Notes: generated by a model not told the origin, from the sequence alone. A DNA stretch of 64,000 bases from a bacterium (GCA_963675755.2 CAXXMD010000003.1:2816001-2880000); one strand, 5' to 3'; shown: positions 1 through 9,584, counted from the stretch's first letter. Program-made: numbers and translations.

Positions 1-939
1 CCGGAGGGGGGGCATGGTAATTTCTACATCCGCAAGCCTGTAAAATAAATCGTCCCTGAACTGGTTATCTTTGATCAGTTCTTTAATGTTTTTGTTGGAT
101 GCAGATATAAACCGAACGTCAACCTGGCGCACGGTTGTATCTCCCAGAGCTTCAACTTCCTGTTCTTGTATGGCGCGAAGGATTTTGGCCTGAGACGCAT
201 AACTCATATCTCCAATCTCGTCAAGAAACAGGGTGCCGCCATCGGCCTGAACGATTTTACCTTCTTTATCCCGCACTGCTCCGGTAAAGGCGCCTTTTTT
301 ATAACCAAAGAGCTCACTTTCCAGCAGCGTTTCGGGTATTGCCGCACAATTGATTTTGATAAATGGACCGGATGCCCGATTGCTTTGCATGTGTAATGCA
401 CGAGCCGCAAATTCTTTGCCGGTACCGGTTTCTCCTTTAATAAAGACTGTGCAGTTGATAGGTGCAACCTTGTCGATTTGATTGTAGATATGCTGCATTG
501 GAATGCTTGAACCTACCATTTTATAGCGCTCTAGAATGTCTTGAGAAAACCATTGGTTTTTCAATTCCAGATCGCGCTTTTCAAGTGCGTGCTCAACGGT
601 TATTAATAACCTGTCCAGACTTATGGGCTTTTCTATAAAATCATATGCACCAATTTGTGTAGCCTTGACCGCGCGTTCTATACTGGCATGCCCGGTGATA
701 ATAACCATAGGCAGCAATGGATAATGCTCTACACCAAACTCGAGTACCTGCATTCCATTAATACCCGGCATTTCAATGTCGAGCAGAGCAAGGTCTGTAG
801 GCTGTTCCTTGATCAAAGAGATTGCTTTTTTACCATCTGGCGCCCAGGTTACGTGATGGCCTTCACCTTCAAGGGTTTCAATGAGTTGTTTTGCAAAAGA
901 GGGATCATCTTCTGCTACAAGTATATTGTGTGTTTGCAT
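1..939 (-). CDS. Sigma54-dependent (NtrC-family) response regulator, runs off the left window edge
   Basis: Not in the ORF track. Manual translation from ATG at 939 gives a REC domain (ILVAEDD, DLALLDIEMPG, AYDFIEKP) and an AAA+ domain ([42 protein letters not shown]...MPPLR). Frame is open to base 1. Confidence 0.95.
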   Translation of the reverse strand, partial: MQTHNILVAEDDPSFAKQLIETLEGEGHHVTWAPDGKKAISLIKEQPTDLALLDIEMPGINGMQVLEFGVEHYPLLPMVIITGHASIERAVKATQIGAYDFIEKPISLDRLLITVEHALEKRDLELKNQWFSQDILERYKMVGSSIPMQHIYNQIDKVAPINCTVFIKGETGTGKEFAARALHMQSNRASGPFIKINCAAIPETLLESELFGYKKGAFTGAVRDKEGKIVQADGGTLFLDEIGDMSYASQAKILRAIQEQEVEALGDTTVRQVDVRFISASNKNIKELIKDNQFRDDLFYRLADVEITMPPLR

Positions 940-940
940 G

Positions 941-2422
941 CTAGTCACCATTTGTTTGTACAGGAAGATAAATGCTGGTGGTTGTACCAATTTCTTCCTT
1001 GCTGTTAATTTTTAAAGTGCCTCCATGATGTTCAAAAACACTTTTACTGATTGTTAACCCCATACCGGAGCCATGTTCACAAGTGGTATACCCCGGTTTA
1101 AAAATGTTCTTCAAGTTTTCCGCAGAGATACCCCGACCATTGTCTATGATTTGCAGCAATATCATATCTTTACCACCAAATTCATTTAACGGATGGCTGA
1201 CCAGGGTTAATGTGATTAATATGTTCCCTGAGCTCTGCATTGCATTGATGCTATTGTCAAGGATGTTATAAAATGCTTCTTTGAACTGATCCTCATCCAG
1301 CTTGATCTGAACCGGTATTTCATCCAGCTCTGTTTTTACATGAACAGTTTCAGGGATGCGTAATTCATATTCTTTGAGAAAACGAACAAGAGCGGGTTTA
1401 AACGCCATAATCTGAAAGAGAGGTTCTTCCAGTTTGGCAAATTTCATAAATGAATTGATATTCTTGCGTACTCTTTCAATCTCTTCAATTGCCGCATGTG
1501 TCAAAACATCGTACTTTTCAGCGTTTTGAGTGTCTGATTTGTGATATTCACGCTCTAGTCTTTGTATGGCCAGCAATATTGTTGCAAGTGGAGTTTTGAT
1601 TTTGTGGGCCACACGTTGTGCCATGGCTCCCCAAAGCTTGATACGTTCAGCCTGGTTGTCGTTTTTTAGATCAATTACAAGAATTTGGGTATAATGTTTT
1701 TGTTTTATGGAAATGAATTGCATCTCTAACGCATACTGGTTCGAGTTGTCATGGGTATTGATGGTTTCTTCAGGAGCATATTGTATATAATTGTTTTGAA
1801 TGTAATCATCATAATGCTGCAGCACCGTAATAAATTCAGTATGCGATAGTAATTGATATATGGTTTTGCCTGCTGTATTTGCATCGGGTGTACCTGCAAA
1901 AGTCAGAAATGTTTTGTTTACAAATAATACCTGAGAATTGGATGATAACAACAGACAACCTATGCGATCAGATGAGTATAATTTGTTAAACAGGGAAACG
2001 AGATGAAGAGGCTGCTTGAAATAGAGCAGGCTGAACAAAACTGTTATAATAATTATTGATATCAATACGGGAAACAAGGGGAGGGTATGGGTACTTTTGG
2101 GGAATACATCCTGAACATTGATAACGAGATGCAAAAATTTGTCACCTGACATGACTGCATAATGCCGTTGTTGATTATTGGACTGGTTCAAAACCTGTAA
2201 CGCATTTTTCAAGTGAAGGGCCGAGATGTTTATCCATGCCAGGGGGGTGAGTGTATGGTCTGTTATCCAGATTTTGTCTGGTTTCTCTGTCCGTATTAGG
2301 TATTCTCTGTATCCATCACCATTTATGTCATCGCTGCCGATAATGCATGGTTTTGCCTCAATTTCTACAATCTTTTTGATTGCAAGCTTGTACAATTCAA
2401 GATCATATTCAACCAATACCAT
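941..2422 (-). CDS. Sensor histidine kinase, C-terminal part (TM, PAS-like, HisKA, HATPase)
   Basis: H-box VAHKIKTPL, N-box NILDNSINA, G-boxes DNGRG and GSGMGL. In frame with the upstream ORF across a single TAG at 2492-2494. Confidence 0.9.
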   Translation of the reverse strand: MVLVEYDLELYKLAIKKIVEIEAKPCIIGSDDINGDGYREYLIRTEKPDKIWITDHTLTPLAWINISALHLKNALQVLNQSNNQQRHYAVMSGDKFLHLVINVQDVFPKSTHTLPLFPVLISIIIITVLFSLLYFKQPLHLVSLFNKLYSSDRIGCLLLSSNSQVLFVNKTFLTFAGTPDANTAGKTIYQLLSHTEFITVLQHYDDYIQNNYIQYAPEETINTHDNSNQYALEMQFISIKQKHYTQILVIDLKNDNQAERIKLWGAMAQRVAHKIKTPLATILLAIQRLEREYHKSDTQNAEKYDVLTHAAIEEIERVRKNINSFMKFAKLEEPLFQIMAFKPALVRFLKEYELRIPETVHVKTELDEIPVQIKLDEDQFKEAFYNILDNSINAMQSSGNILITLTLVSHPLNEFGGKDMILLQIIDNGRGISAENLKNIFKPGYTTCEHGSGMGLTISKSVFEHHGGTLKINSKEEIGTTTSIYLPVQTNGD

Positions 2423-2491
2423 ATGACTTGAATTATTGGAAATGATGGTTGGAGTGGTTTGAGCCGGGTTATCGTCTATTGTTAACGATTC

Positions 2492-3475
2492 CTAAAATAT
2501 ACCATCATTTTTTATTATGATACTGTCTAAAAGGGTTTTTGTTTTGCCATCTATTAGATATAAACCGGATTGTCGGGTTTCAATATCCATGGTGTTATAG
2601 ACTGAAAAAACAATGTCTTTTATATGGTCCTGGTTAAAATCTGCAACTGCGCTGAGGATATAGGATTTATAGCCGCTGAATGCCCATTTGTTTAATACTT
2701 TACCCCGGGCATTTAAAATGGCCAGGTACGTACTGTCACGATCAAATAGACCGAATTTTTCTCCGTACTCTGAGGCAGAGAGGCTTACAAGGAGTTCCGA
2801 TTCTCCATCATTTTCAAGATCAGTAATATTTAAAAAATGTACCAGTGGTGCAAATTCCAGATGGAGCAGCTCTTTTTGTGTTAATACATCATAACCTACA
2901 ATTGCACGTGGAGTTGCATCCGCGTTTGTGCGAAACATGGTGATAAAGTCTTTACGTTGATCATTATTTAGATCTACCCAGGAAGTGTTGGCGAATTGGG
3001 GACCACCATTCCAGATATTGTCCCCTGTTATATCGATTCCTCGAACAGTTTTACAAGTTGCTGCCAGCTGAAAATGATGATCATAAAAGTCGAAATAACC
3101 ATACTGTTCGTCAGTGCGATAAGCTGCAAAGCTATACCATGGATGGTTGTTGAAAAAGTTGATATAGGATTTTTGATTTTCGGTTTGAATGTTGATATTT
3201 GGCCCATAGTAAGTGTAACCCAGGGACATTACTTCTTTTACCACCCAAAAGCTGGGAAAACTTCCATCGTGCCTCAGGTAGCCTATTTCATCTTTGCCAT
3301 CCCGATCATAATCTGCGACCTGGAAGTTATGGACGGTATTGATAGTGTCTTCAATAAAAGTATAAGTCCCAATTTGTGGGACTGATAGATTTTGCCAGTT
3401 TAACGAGTCAGCCGGATTTGAGTATAGAGTAGTGGCAAATAAAAAGACAATGCTTGATATTTTAATGATTTTCAA
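2492..3475 (-). CDS. Exported FG-GAP/VCBS-like repeat domain, probably the N-terminal sensor part of the kinase at 941-2422
   Basis: Signal peptide (TTG start, MKIIKISSIVFLFATTLYS) and Ca-blade repeats DYDRDGKDEI, DLNNDQRKDF, DLENDGESEL, DFNQDHIKDI. Confidence 0.75.
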   Translation of the reverse strand: MKIIKISSIVFLFATTLYSNPADSLNWQNLSVPQIGTYTFIEDTINTVHNFQVADYDRDGKDEIGYLRHDGSFPSFWVVKEVMSLGYTYYGPNINIQTENQKSYINFFNNHPWYSFAAYRTDEQYGYFDFYDHHFQLAATCKTVRGIDITGDNIWNGGPQFANTSWVDLNNDQRKDFITMFRTNADATPRAIVGYDVLTQKELLHLEFAPLVHFLNITDLENDGESELLVSLSASEYGEKFGLFDRDSTYLAILNARGKVLNKWAFSGYKSYILSAVADFNQDHIKDIVFSVYNTMDIETRQSGLYLIDGKTKTLLDSIIIKNDGIF

Positions 3476-3507
3476 TATTCAAATTTTCCAACATACGTAT
3501 CTAATTA

Positions 3508-3543
3508 ACAAAACGGCAATGACTCCACTCAATCATTGCCGTT
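3508..3543 (-). terminator. Intrinsic terminator-like hairpin upstream of the kinase gene
   Basis: 11-bp inverted repeat AACGGCAATGA (3512-3522) / TCATTGCCGTT (3533-3543), followed by a T-rich tail on the minus strand. Confidence 0.65.
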
Positions 3544-3597
3544 GATTAATAAGCACATTTCAGTGCGCTTACCCCCCATCCCTTTCCTTACCCTGCT
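3508..3597 (-). ncRNA. Candidate ~90-nt sigma54-dependent small RNA or leader, containing a 16-aa ORF (3579-3529)
   Basis: Lies between a -24/-12 motif and a terminator. Has a purine-rich 5' segment and hairpin UAAGCGCA-CUGAAA-UGUGCUUA. Confidence 0.4.
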
Positions 3598-3604
3598 TGG
3601 TGAT

Positions 3605-3620
3605 TACAAATGTTATGCCA
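3605..3620 (-). promoter_or_regulatory. Putative sigma54 -24/-12 promoter
   Basis: Minus strand TGGCATAACATTTGTA versus consensus TGGCACNNNNNTTGCW. Spacing is correct, but -12 is GT rather than GC. Confidence 0.55.
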
Positions 3621-3694
3621 GGTATGGATGAATCCAACTCTATTGTTTTTTATAGACTTGGAGGTGTTATTTTATTTGATGGATGAAGGAAAAG

Positions 3695-3739
3695 TGCAAT
3701 GTTTGCAATATATTGATGGAGAATGATGCAAATTTTGCA
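3695..3739. promoter_or_regulatory. Pair of palindromic enhancer-like sites (TGCA-N5-TGCA)
   Basis: TGCAATGTTTGCA (3695-3707) and TGCAAATTTTGCA (3727-3739), 32 bp apart and about 75-120 bp upstream of the sigma54 motif. Confidence 0.55.
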
Positions 3740-3803
3740 ACATTTATAATATAAGAGATATCTGTTAATGTGCAAATTTTTTATTTATTCAAACGGATTT
3801 AAC

Positions 3804-3832
3804 TTGACAATGAATAAATTATTTATTATAAT
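3804..3832 (+). promoter_or_regulatory. Consensus sigma70 promoter with palindromic operator in the spacer
   Basis: TTGACA (3804-3809), 17 bp, TATAAT (3827-3832). Perfect palindrome AATAAAT-T-ATTTATT at 3813-3827. Confidence 0.8.
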
Positions 3833-3886
3833 CGTATGCGTTCACTGATAATTATTTTTACTCAAAAGTATACGTAAAGGTATAGT

Positions 3887-4609
3887 ATGGAGCCAAAGGC
3901 ATATCTATTGAAAGAATTTATAGAAATTACCGGGGCGGAACAGGATGATCTGGAGCTTTGGGAAAAATTAAAATTAATTAAACCTATTGGGTTTACTGAA
4001 GACAAGGTAGCATTTTACTCACACGAAACCTTGAAGCAGGTCAAAGATATTCAAAAACTCCTGGATTTAGGCTATCAACCGGAAGATATTCAAAAGATCA
4101 TAAAAAAAATCGGATTACCCAATAAGGATAAAAAGCCAAATAACAAGCTAAAAAAAGACCAGTTTTTGACGGTAGGGCAGCTGGCTGAAAAAGTGGATGT
4201 AAGTCCGCGCACTTTGAAGCATTGGGAAGATAAGGGTATTCTTATCGCAGATATGCGAAGTGAAGGCGGCTTTCGCATGTATGCGGAATATTATGTCTAT
4301 ATCTGTAAATTGATATTGGATTTGCAATTGTTTGGGTATTCTCTGGACGAGATCAAGACCATATCCGATCATTTCAGGGATTTTATTGTCATCCAGGAAG
4401 AGATTACAACCTTTCCGAAAAGTGATACTGCAGAGAGGTTGGACGTGATGGATGATGCCATAGCGCGCTTGTTGGATAAAACAGGTTTACTGAAACAGGG
4501 TATTCAGCGCTGGGAAGATTTATTAAAGAAAAAGAAAAAAGAATTATCTGCTTTAAAAAACCAAAATTTGAAACGAGAGGAACCGAACGAGGGGACAGAC
4601 AATGCCTAA
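3887..4609 (+). CDS. MerR-family regulator with two tandem HTH domains
   Basis: Canonical LTVGQLAEKVDVSPRTLKHWEDKGIL...SEGGFRMY, a degenerate N-terminal copy (LLKEFIEITG..LELWEKLKLI) and a C-terminal coiled coil. Confidence 0.85.
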   Translation: MEPKAYLLKEFIEITGAEQDDLELWEKLKLIKPIGFTEDKVAFYSHETLKQVKDIQKLLDLGYQPEDIQKIIKKIGLPNKDKKPNNKLKKDQFLTVGQLAEKVDVSPRTLKHWEDKGILIADMRSEGGFRMYAEYYVYICKLILDLQLFGYSLDEIKTISDHFRDFIVIQEEITTFPKSDTAERLDVMDDAIARLLDKTGLLKQGIQRWEDLLKKKKKELSALKNQNLKREEPNEGTDNA

Positions 4610-6056
4610 AATTACCTTTATTGAACCCAAGGCACCCAATTTACACATTTTTTCAATGTTCAAGCTGCCCAGGCTTGGCAGTTTAATTTTGGGGACTATG
4701 ATGAAAGACAGAGGTTGGCAGGTTGATATTATTGTAGAAGAAAAGCGGGATATTGATTTCGAGGTATTAAGAGATTCAGAACTGGTAGCCATTTCTACCA
4801 TTACATCTACAGCGCCTCGGGCATATGCTATTGCAGACCGGGTACGCGATGATGGCGGCACTGTTTTGATGGGTGGACCGCATGTTACTTTTTTAACCGA
4901 TGAAGCCCTTGATCATGCTGATTTTGTAATTCGGGGTGAGGGAGAGCAAGCCCTGATGGAGTTTGTAGATGCATGGGAAGGTAATATGGATTTTTCACAG
5001 GTTTCCAACTTGTCATATCATTCACCATATGGAACTGCGCACAATCCACTCGCTTGTCATGTGGCAGATTTGGATGCAATCCCTTTTGCGGATTTATCTT
5101 TGATTAAAAACCAGATGAACCGGGTGGCGGGGAAAATGATTATCCCTATGCAATTATCGCGCGGCTGTCCGTTTGATTGTTCATTCTGTTCAGTAACCGG
5201 AATGTTTGGAAAGAAATACCGCTATCGTTCAAATGAATCTATTCTGGACCAGTTGGCCAGGTATGACAGTCGTAAAAATTTTATATTTTTCTATGATGAT
5301 AATTTTGCGGCGAATCCCAAACGTACCAAAGAATTGCTGCGGGGCATGATCTCTCGTGGATTCAAATTCAAATGGTCTACCCAGGTACGCGTAGATATTG
5401 CCAGAGACCTGGACCTTGTTCGATTGATGAAACAAGCCGGCTGTCATACCCTGTTTATAGGATTTGAATCTGTAAATCCAGACAGTTTGGAAGAGATGAA
5501 GAAAAAGCAGACAGTTCATGATATGTTAAAAGCAGTCAAAGTTTTACGCAAGCAAAAGATCAATGTACATGGAATGTTTGTATATGGATTTGATAATGAT
5601 ACGGTAAAAAGCGCCCGTGAAACTGTAAAATTTGCAAAGCAGGCAAAACTTATGTCCGCTCAGTTTTTAATTCTAACTCCGTTGCCAGGCTCAGACTTTT
5701 ACAAAACATTGGATGATGAAAAACGGATATTGTTCAAAGACTGGTCGCTTTATGACGCACACCATGCGGTTTTTAAACCTAAAAATATGACTCTGTCTGA
5801 ATTGCAGCAATTGCAAATTTACAGTCATCGCGCATTTTATTCACCCTTGCAAACGTTGTTTAAATTTTTACATGCCAAATGGGAAGATGTTGGTTTGGCG
5901 CATTATGCACGTCGTTTAAATATCTTGTGGCAAAAACGGAATTTGAAATTTGTTAAAGTAATTGATCTGCTGACACCAAATGCTGATGCAGATATTAAAG
6001 TGGAATATAAAACGATAATACGACTTGATAAAAAGAAAACGATTTTTAATACCTAA
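4602..6056 (+). CDS. B12-binding-domain radical SAM protein
   Basis: GGPHVT B12-domain motif, SRGCPFDCSFC (CxxxCxxC), FFYDDNF, IGFES. Confidence 0.92.
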   Translation: MPKITFIEPKAPNLHIFSMFKLPRLGSLILGTMMKDRGWQVDIIVEEKRDIDFEVLRDSELVAISTITSTAPRAYAIADRVRDDGGTVLMGGPHVTFLTDEALDHADFVIRGEGEQALMEFVDAWEGNMDFSQVSNLSYHSPYGTAHNPLACHVADLDAIPFADLSLIKNQMNRVAGKMIIPMQLSRGCPFDCSFCSVTGMFGKKYRYRSNESILDQLARYDSRKNFIFFYDDNFAANPKRTKELLRGMISRGFKFKWSTQVRVDIARDLDLVRLMKQAGCHTLFIGFESVNPDSLEEMKKKQTVHDMLKAVKVLRKQKINVHGMFVYGFDNDTVKSARETVKFAKQAKLMSAQFLILTPLPGSDFYKTLDDEKRILFKDWSLYDAHHAVFKPKNMTLSELQQLQIYSHRAFYSPLQTLFKFLHAKWEDVGLAHYARRLNILWQKRNLKFVKVIDLLTPNADADIKVEYKTIIRLDKKKTIFNT

Positions 6057-6066
6057 GGAGATGATT

Positions 6067-6717
6067 ATGGCAAAACCTGTTCGAGAATTATATATTGGCT
6101 TGACACATGTTGTGGGTGCGGCATTGTCTATTGCTGGTTTGGTCTTACTTGTAGTCCGCGCTAGTCTGCAAGGAACGGCCTGGCATGTTGTATCTTTTGC
6201 AATATTTGGTACCGGTCTGGTACTGCTCTATACATTCAGTTCATTGTATCACTGGTTAAATTTATCAGAAAAGGGTATAAAGTTCTGGCGGATTATGGAC
6301 CATGTTATGATCTATTTTTTAATAGCCGCAACTTATACCCCAATTTGCCTTGTTCCGTTACGTGGCGGTTGGGGATGGAGTCTGTTCGGTATTGTGTGGG
6401 GGTTGGCTATTGTTGGAATCCTTTTTTCCATTTTCTGGATACATGCACCACGTAAATTTTATACGGCTTTATATATTCTGTTAGGCTGGATGGTTGTTAT
6501 TGGTTTGGTGCCTTTGAATAAAGCGATGCCTGTGGGTGGTATGCTGTGGCTTTTTGCTGGTGGTTTGTTGTATAGTATTGGTGGTGTGATCTATGGATAC
6601 AAAAAGCCAAATCCTTTTCCTGTCAAGTTTGGCTTTCATGGGATATTTCATATATTTGTGCTATTGGGCAGCATGGCCCATTTTATTGTTATTTATGAAT
6701 ATATAATACGATTATAA
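6067..6717 (+). CDS. Hemolysin III / PAQR (TrhA-like) membrane protein
   Basis: LTHVVG, SSLYH, DHVMIYFLIAATYTP, FHGIFHIFVLLGSMAHF and 7 TM segments. AAGGAG RBS favours ATG at 6067. Confidence 0.9.
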   Translation: MAKPVRELYIGLTHVVGAALSIAGLVLLVVRASLQGTAWHVVSFAIFGTGLVLLYTFSSLYHWLNLSEKGIKFWRIMDHVMIYFLIAATYTPICLVPLRGGWGWSLFGIVWGLAIVGILFSIFWIHAPRKFYTALYILLGWMVVIGLVPLNKAMPVGGMLWLFAGGLLYSIGGVIYGYKKPNPFPVKFGFHGIFHIFVLLGSMAHFIVIYEYIIRL

Positions 6718-6743
6718 GCAACTCTGGGGGAGTTGCTTTTTTT
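6716..6743 (+). terminator. Intrinsic terminator
   Basis: AAGCAACTC-TGGGG-GAGTTGCTT followed by a T-run, between convergent genes. Confidence 0.8.
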
Positions 6744-9584
6744 CTATGATTGGGATTTATGTTGTGTGTCTTTGAATGATATTGACCACTCTACTCCGGA
6801 ATCGAGTTTTGTTAGCTCTGCTTTTCCCTTTAATTGTTTTTCAGCTATTGCATAGATGAGCTGTATCCCTAACGATTCTTTACTCAACTGTTCAAGATCA
6901 CCAGTCAGTCCTACTCCGTTATCTGATATAACAAGATTTAATATATCATTCTCGTTTCGATAGAATTCTATTGTTATAGTACCTGGCCTGTTGTCAGGAA
7001 AGGCGTGTTTAAATGCATTAGAAATAATCTCGTTTACCAGCAGTCCGCAAGGAATCGCTACATCCAAAATTACCGGTATGGGGTGCAGTTTAAATTTGGT
7101 ATGAACATTGGGTGTGTAAATTGAATAGCTATTTATTAACAAATGTGTTAATTCGCTGAGATAGTCAGCCATATTTATACTGGCAAGATTTTCTGATTGA
7201 TATAATTTTTGGTGAACCAATGCCATTGAATAAATGCGGTTTTCTGTCTCCGTAAAAATTGTTTTCAAAGATTTATCCGTTATAGAGGCTGATTGCAAGG
7301 CCAGCATGGATATTATGACCTGCATATTGTTTTTCGTCCGGTGATAAAGTTCTTTTAACAAGGCTTCTTTTTCTGTCAAAGAGTCTTTTACCTTTTGTTC
7401 AGCCTCGACTCTTGCAGTAACATCATTCATGATCCATATCTCATAAGGATCGTTACGGTAACCAATGAACTCGATCTGTTTTACTGTTTGATTTTTACAA
7501 TATATTGGGACTGTGTATGGTTTATTGAAATTATCATCACGGTCATTCATGTAGAGTTGATAATAATTTTCATGATCCTGGGGGTGAACTTTGGTAAACC
7601 AGTCTTTTTTGGTGTTAATTTCGGCATTAGAATATCCTACAAGCTCTTCTGCTTTGGGATTTAGATAAAACATTTGTTCTTCAATAAAGACAGCACCTGA
7701 TGGAAGGTTTTCTACCATGAATTTTAATCGTAGTTCGCTTTCTTTCAAGGTTTTTTCGAAAGCAAATCTGGCTATGGTATCTCCAATTTGAGCTGTGAGT
7801 ATTTCAATGACTTGCTGCGTGAAATCTGATAGATTTTCAAATTGATGTGATGCAAGATGTATGCTGCCAAGTGTTTGACCTTTGTGTTTGATTGGAATTA
7901 TACTAAAGGACTTTATGCCTTCATTTTTAAGCACAGTTTTAAAGGGCTCTTGCATATTATTTACATGGGCAAATATCGAATTACCGTTATTGATCATGAT
8001 GTGAAGGGGTGAACCAGGTTCTAATAAACTCACTTTTTCCAGAAATTCTTTTCCAACACCTATATTGTTAAATAAATTTAGATTGCCGGTTTCAAAATCG
8101 AATAAATATATTCCACCTGAATCCATATCTGATAGTTGGATTATTGAATTTAAAAACAATTCTAGGCCAGAATCAATATCTGTTATGCCGCATAATTGAA
8201 TTACGAGTTCACGACTGGCATAAATAATTTTTTGCAATTTTTTATGCTCTGTCAGATCCTGAACTGTACAAATCATTCCATTAAAAGTGTTATTTATAAG
8301 TAATGGTATTAGCCACCCCGATTGGAATGAACTTTTATTCGAAGGTGTTATAAGCTCAATATCATAAAATACTGGTTTTTGGGTGGTCTTTGCTTCAAGA
8401 TAATGTTTTTTAAATTCTCCAATCGTTTTGTTTTCAAAGTCTTGAAGAATATTTTGACCGGTAATTTGTTCTATAGGAATACCTGCTATTTTTGCCATAC
8501 CTGTATTTGAATAAATGATATAGTCGTTTGCATCAGATACCCAGATCCCTTCATGAACAGTTTCGAGAATTTTTTCATAAAACTGTTTTTGATTATTGAG
8601 CTCGTTTTGCATTGCATGCAATTCAGTAACATCCAGCCCAACCGCCCATGTATGCCAATCTGAAATTGGGAAAACGTCTGATTGGTTAGACCATGAAATG
8701 AGGCGTTTTTTGCCATCTTTACGTGTCAACTCTAGTTTCCAGTTTCGGAAGTTAAATATTTTGGATTCGAGTCCTTCCATGAGTTGGTATCTGTATTCAT
8801 CATCCGGATAAAGTAACTCGAATGCTTTGGCATTATTAATGATTTCATTTGCTTTATAACCTGTTACCTGTTCACATTCACGATTCCAGGCAATAAAGTT
8901 ATTGTCCTCATCCAACGCATTCAGCATTACCGGCATATTTTGAATTATATGTGATAGTTTTTGTTCATTTTTTTTCAACTCGGTATGCATACGTTCAAAA
9001 AAGAGGATGAGGAATCCCATTGCTGCCAGAACCGCCAATATTGCTCCAATCAGGAAGCCCCACGGTGCGAACCATTCTGCATTACGGAGAAAAGGGTAAT
9101 CAAGTTTATGTATACCCCAGATTATAAAGGTGTAAACAATAAATTGTTTTAAACCGCCTGAAACAAGTTTGGATTTGTAAATATATAAAGCTGTTATAAA
9201 ATATATAACTGCTACAAATAAAAAAACCGGTATGGTGAGTTTAGTAAAAGAGATCCCCAATAGCGTAGCTGAAATGATCCAAAGGATTAAAAACATCCAC
9301 AAATAAAACCAGGATTTGTGTGTTTTTTTGTTCAGGAATTCCATTGTGCCCCATAGCAGGAAAAAGCTGCTTGTGAGGGTAATGGCCTGGATGACAGGTG
9401 TAAATATTGGTAACGTACTGTAAAAGGAGGCAATTACAAAAATAAACCGGGTAGAATAAATAGCCCAACTGATGGTCCAAATTCCAAGAAAAGAGTATTT
9501 GTATTTATAATAGAGATAAAAAAATACAAGGGTTAAAATGAGTGAGCCGGATAGCGTTGCAATAACAGAGGGTAACATCCACAT
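6744..9584 (-). CDS. Membrane PAS/GAF sensor histidine kinase (HisKA_2 type)
   Basis: N-terminal multi-TM domain, three PAS-like repeats, GAF, ELYHRTKNNMQVI, NEIISNAFKHAF, DNGVG, SLGIQL. Confidence 0.9.
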   Translation of the reverse strand: MWMLPSVIATLSGSLILTLVFFYLYYKYKYSFLGIWTISWAIYSTRFIFVIASFYSTLPIFTPVIQAITLTSSFFLLWGTMEFLNKKTHKSWFYLWMFLILWIISATLLGISFTKLTIPVFLFVAVIYFITALYIYKSKLVSGGLKQFIVYTFIIWGIHKLDYPFLRNAEWFAPWGFLIGAILAVLAAMGFLILFFERMHTELKKNEQKLSHIIQNMPVMLNALDEDNNFIAWNRECEQVTGYKANEIINNAKAFELLYPDDEYRYQLMEGLESKIFNFRNWKLELTRKDGKKRLISWSNQSDVFPISDWHTWAVGLDVTELHAMQNELNNQKQFYEKILETVHEGIWVSDANDYIIYSNTGMAKIAGIPIEQITGQNILQDFENKTIGEFKKHYLEAKTTQKPVFYDIELITPSNKSSFQSGWLIPLLINNTFNGMICTVQDLTEHKKLQKIIYASRELVIQLCGITDIDSGLELFLNSIIQLSDMDSGGIYLFDFETGNLNLFNNIGVGKEFLEKVSLLEPGSPLHIMINNGNSIFAHVNNMQEPFKTVLKNEGIKSFSIIPIKHKGQTLGSIHLASHQFENLSDFTQQVIEILTAQIGDTIARFAFEKTLKESELRLKFMVENLPSGAVFIEEQMFYLNPKAEELVGYSNAEINTKKDWFTKVHPQDHENYYQLYMNDRDDNFNKPYTVPIYCKNQTVKQIEFIGYRNDPYEIWIMNDVTARVEAEQKVKDSLTEKEALLKELYHRTKNNMQVIISMLALQSASITDKSLKTIFTETENRIYSMALVHQKLYQSENLASINMADYLSELTHLLINSYSIYTPNVHTKFKLHPIPVILDVAIPCGLLVNEIISNAFKHAFPDNRPGTITIEFYRNENDILNLVISDNGVGLTGDLEQLSKESLGIQLIYAIAEKQLKGKAELTKLDSGVEWSISFKDTQHKSQS

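Noticed and set aside
166-1008. Short ORFs 166-396, 204-467 and 655-1008
   Set aside because: Shadow or off-frame ORFs of the NtrC-family gene at 1-939 on the minus strand.
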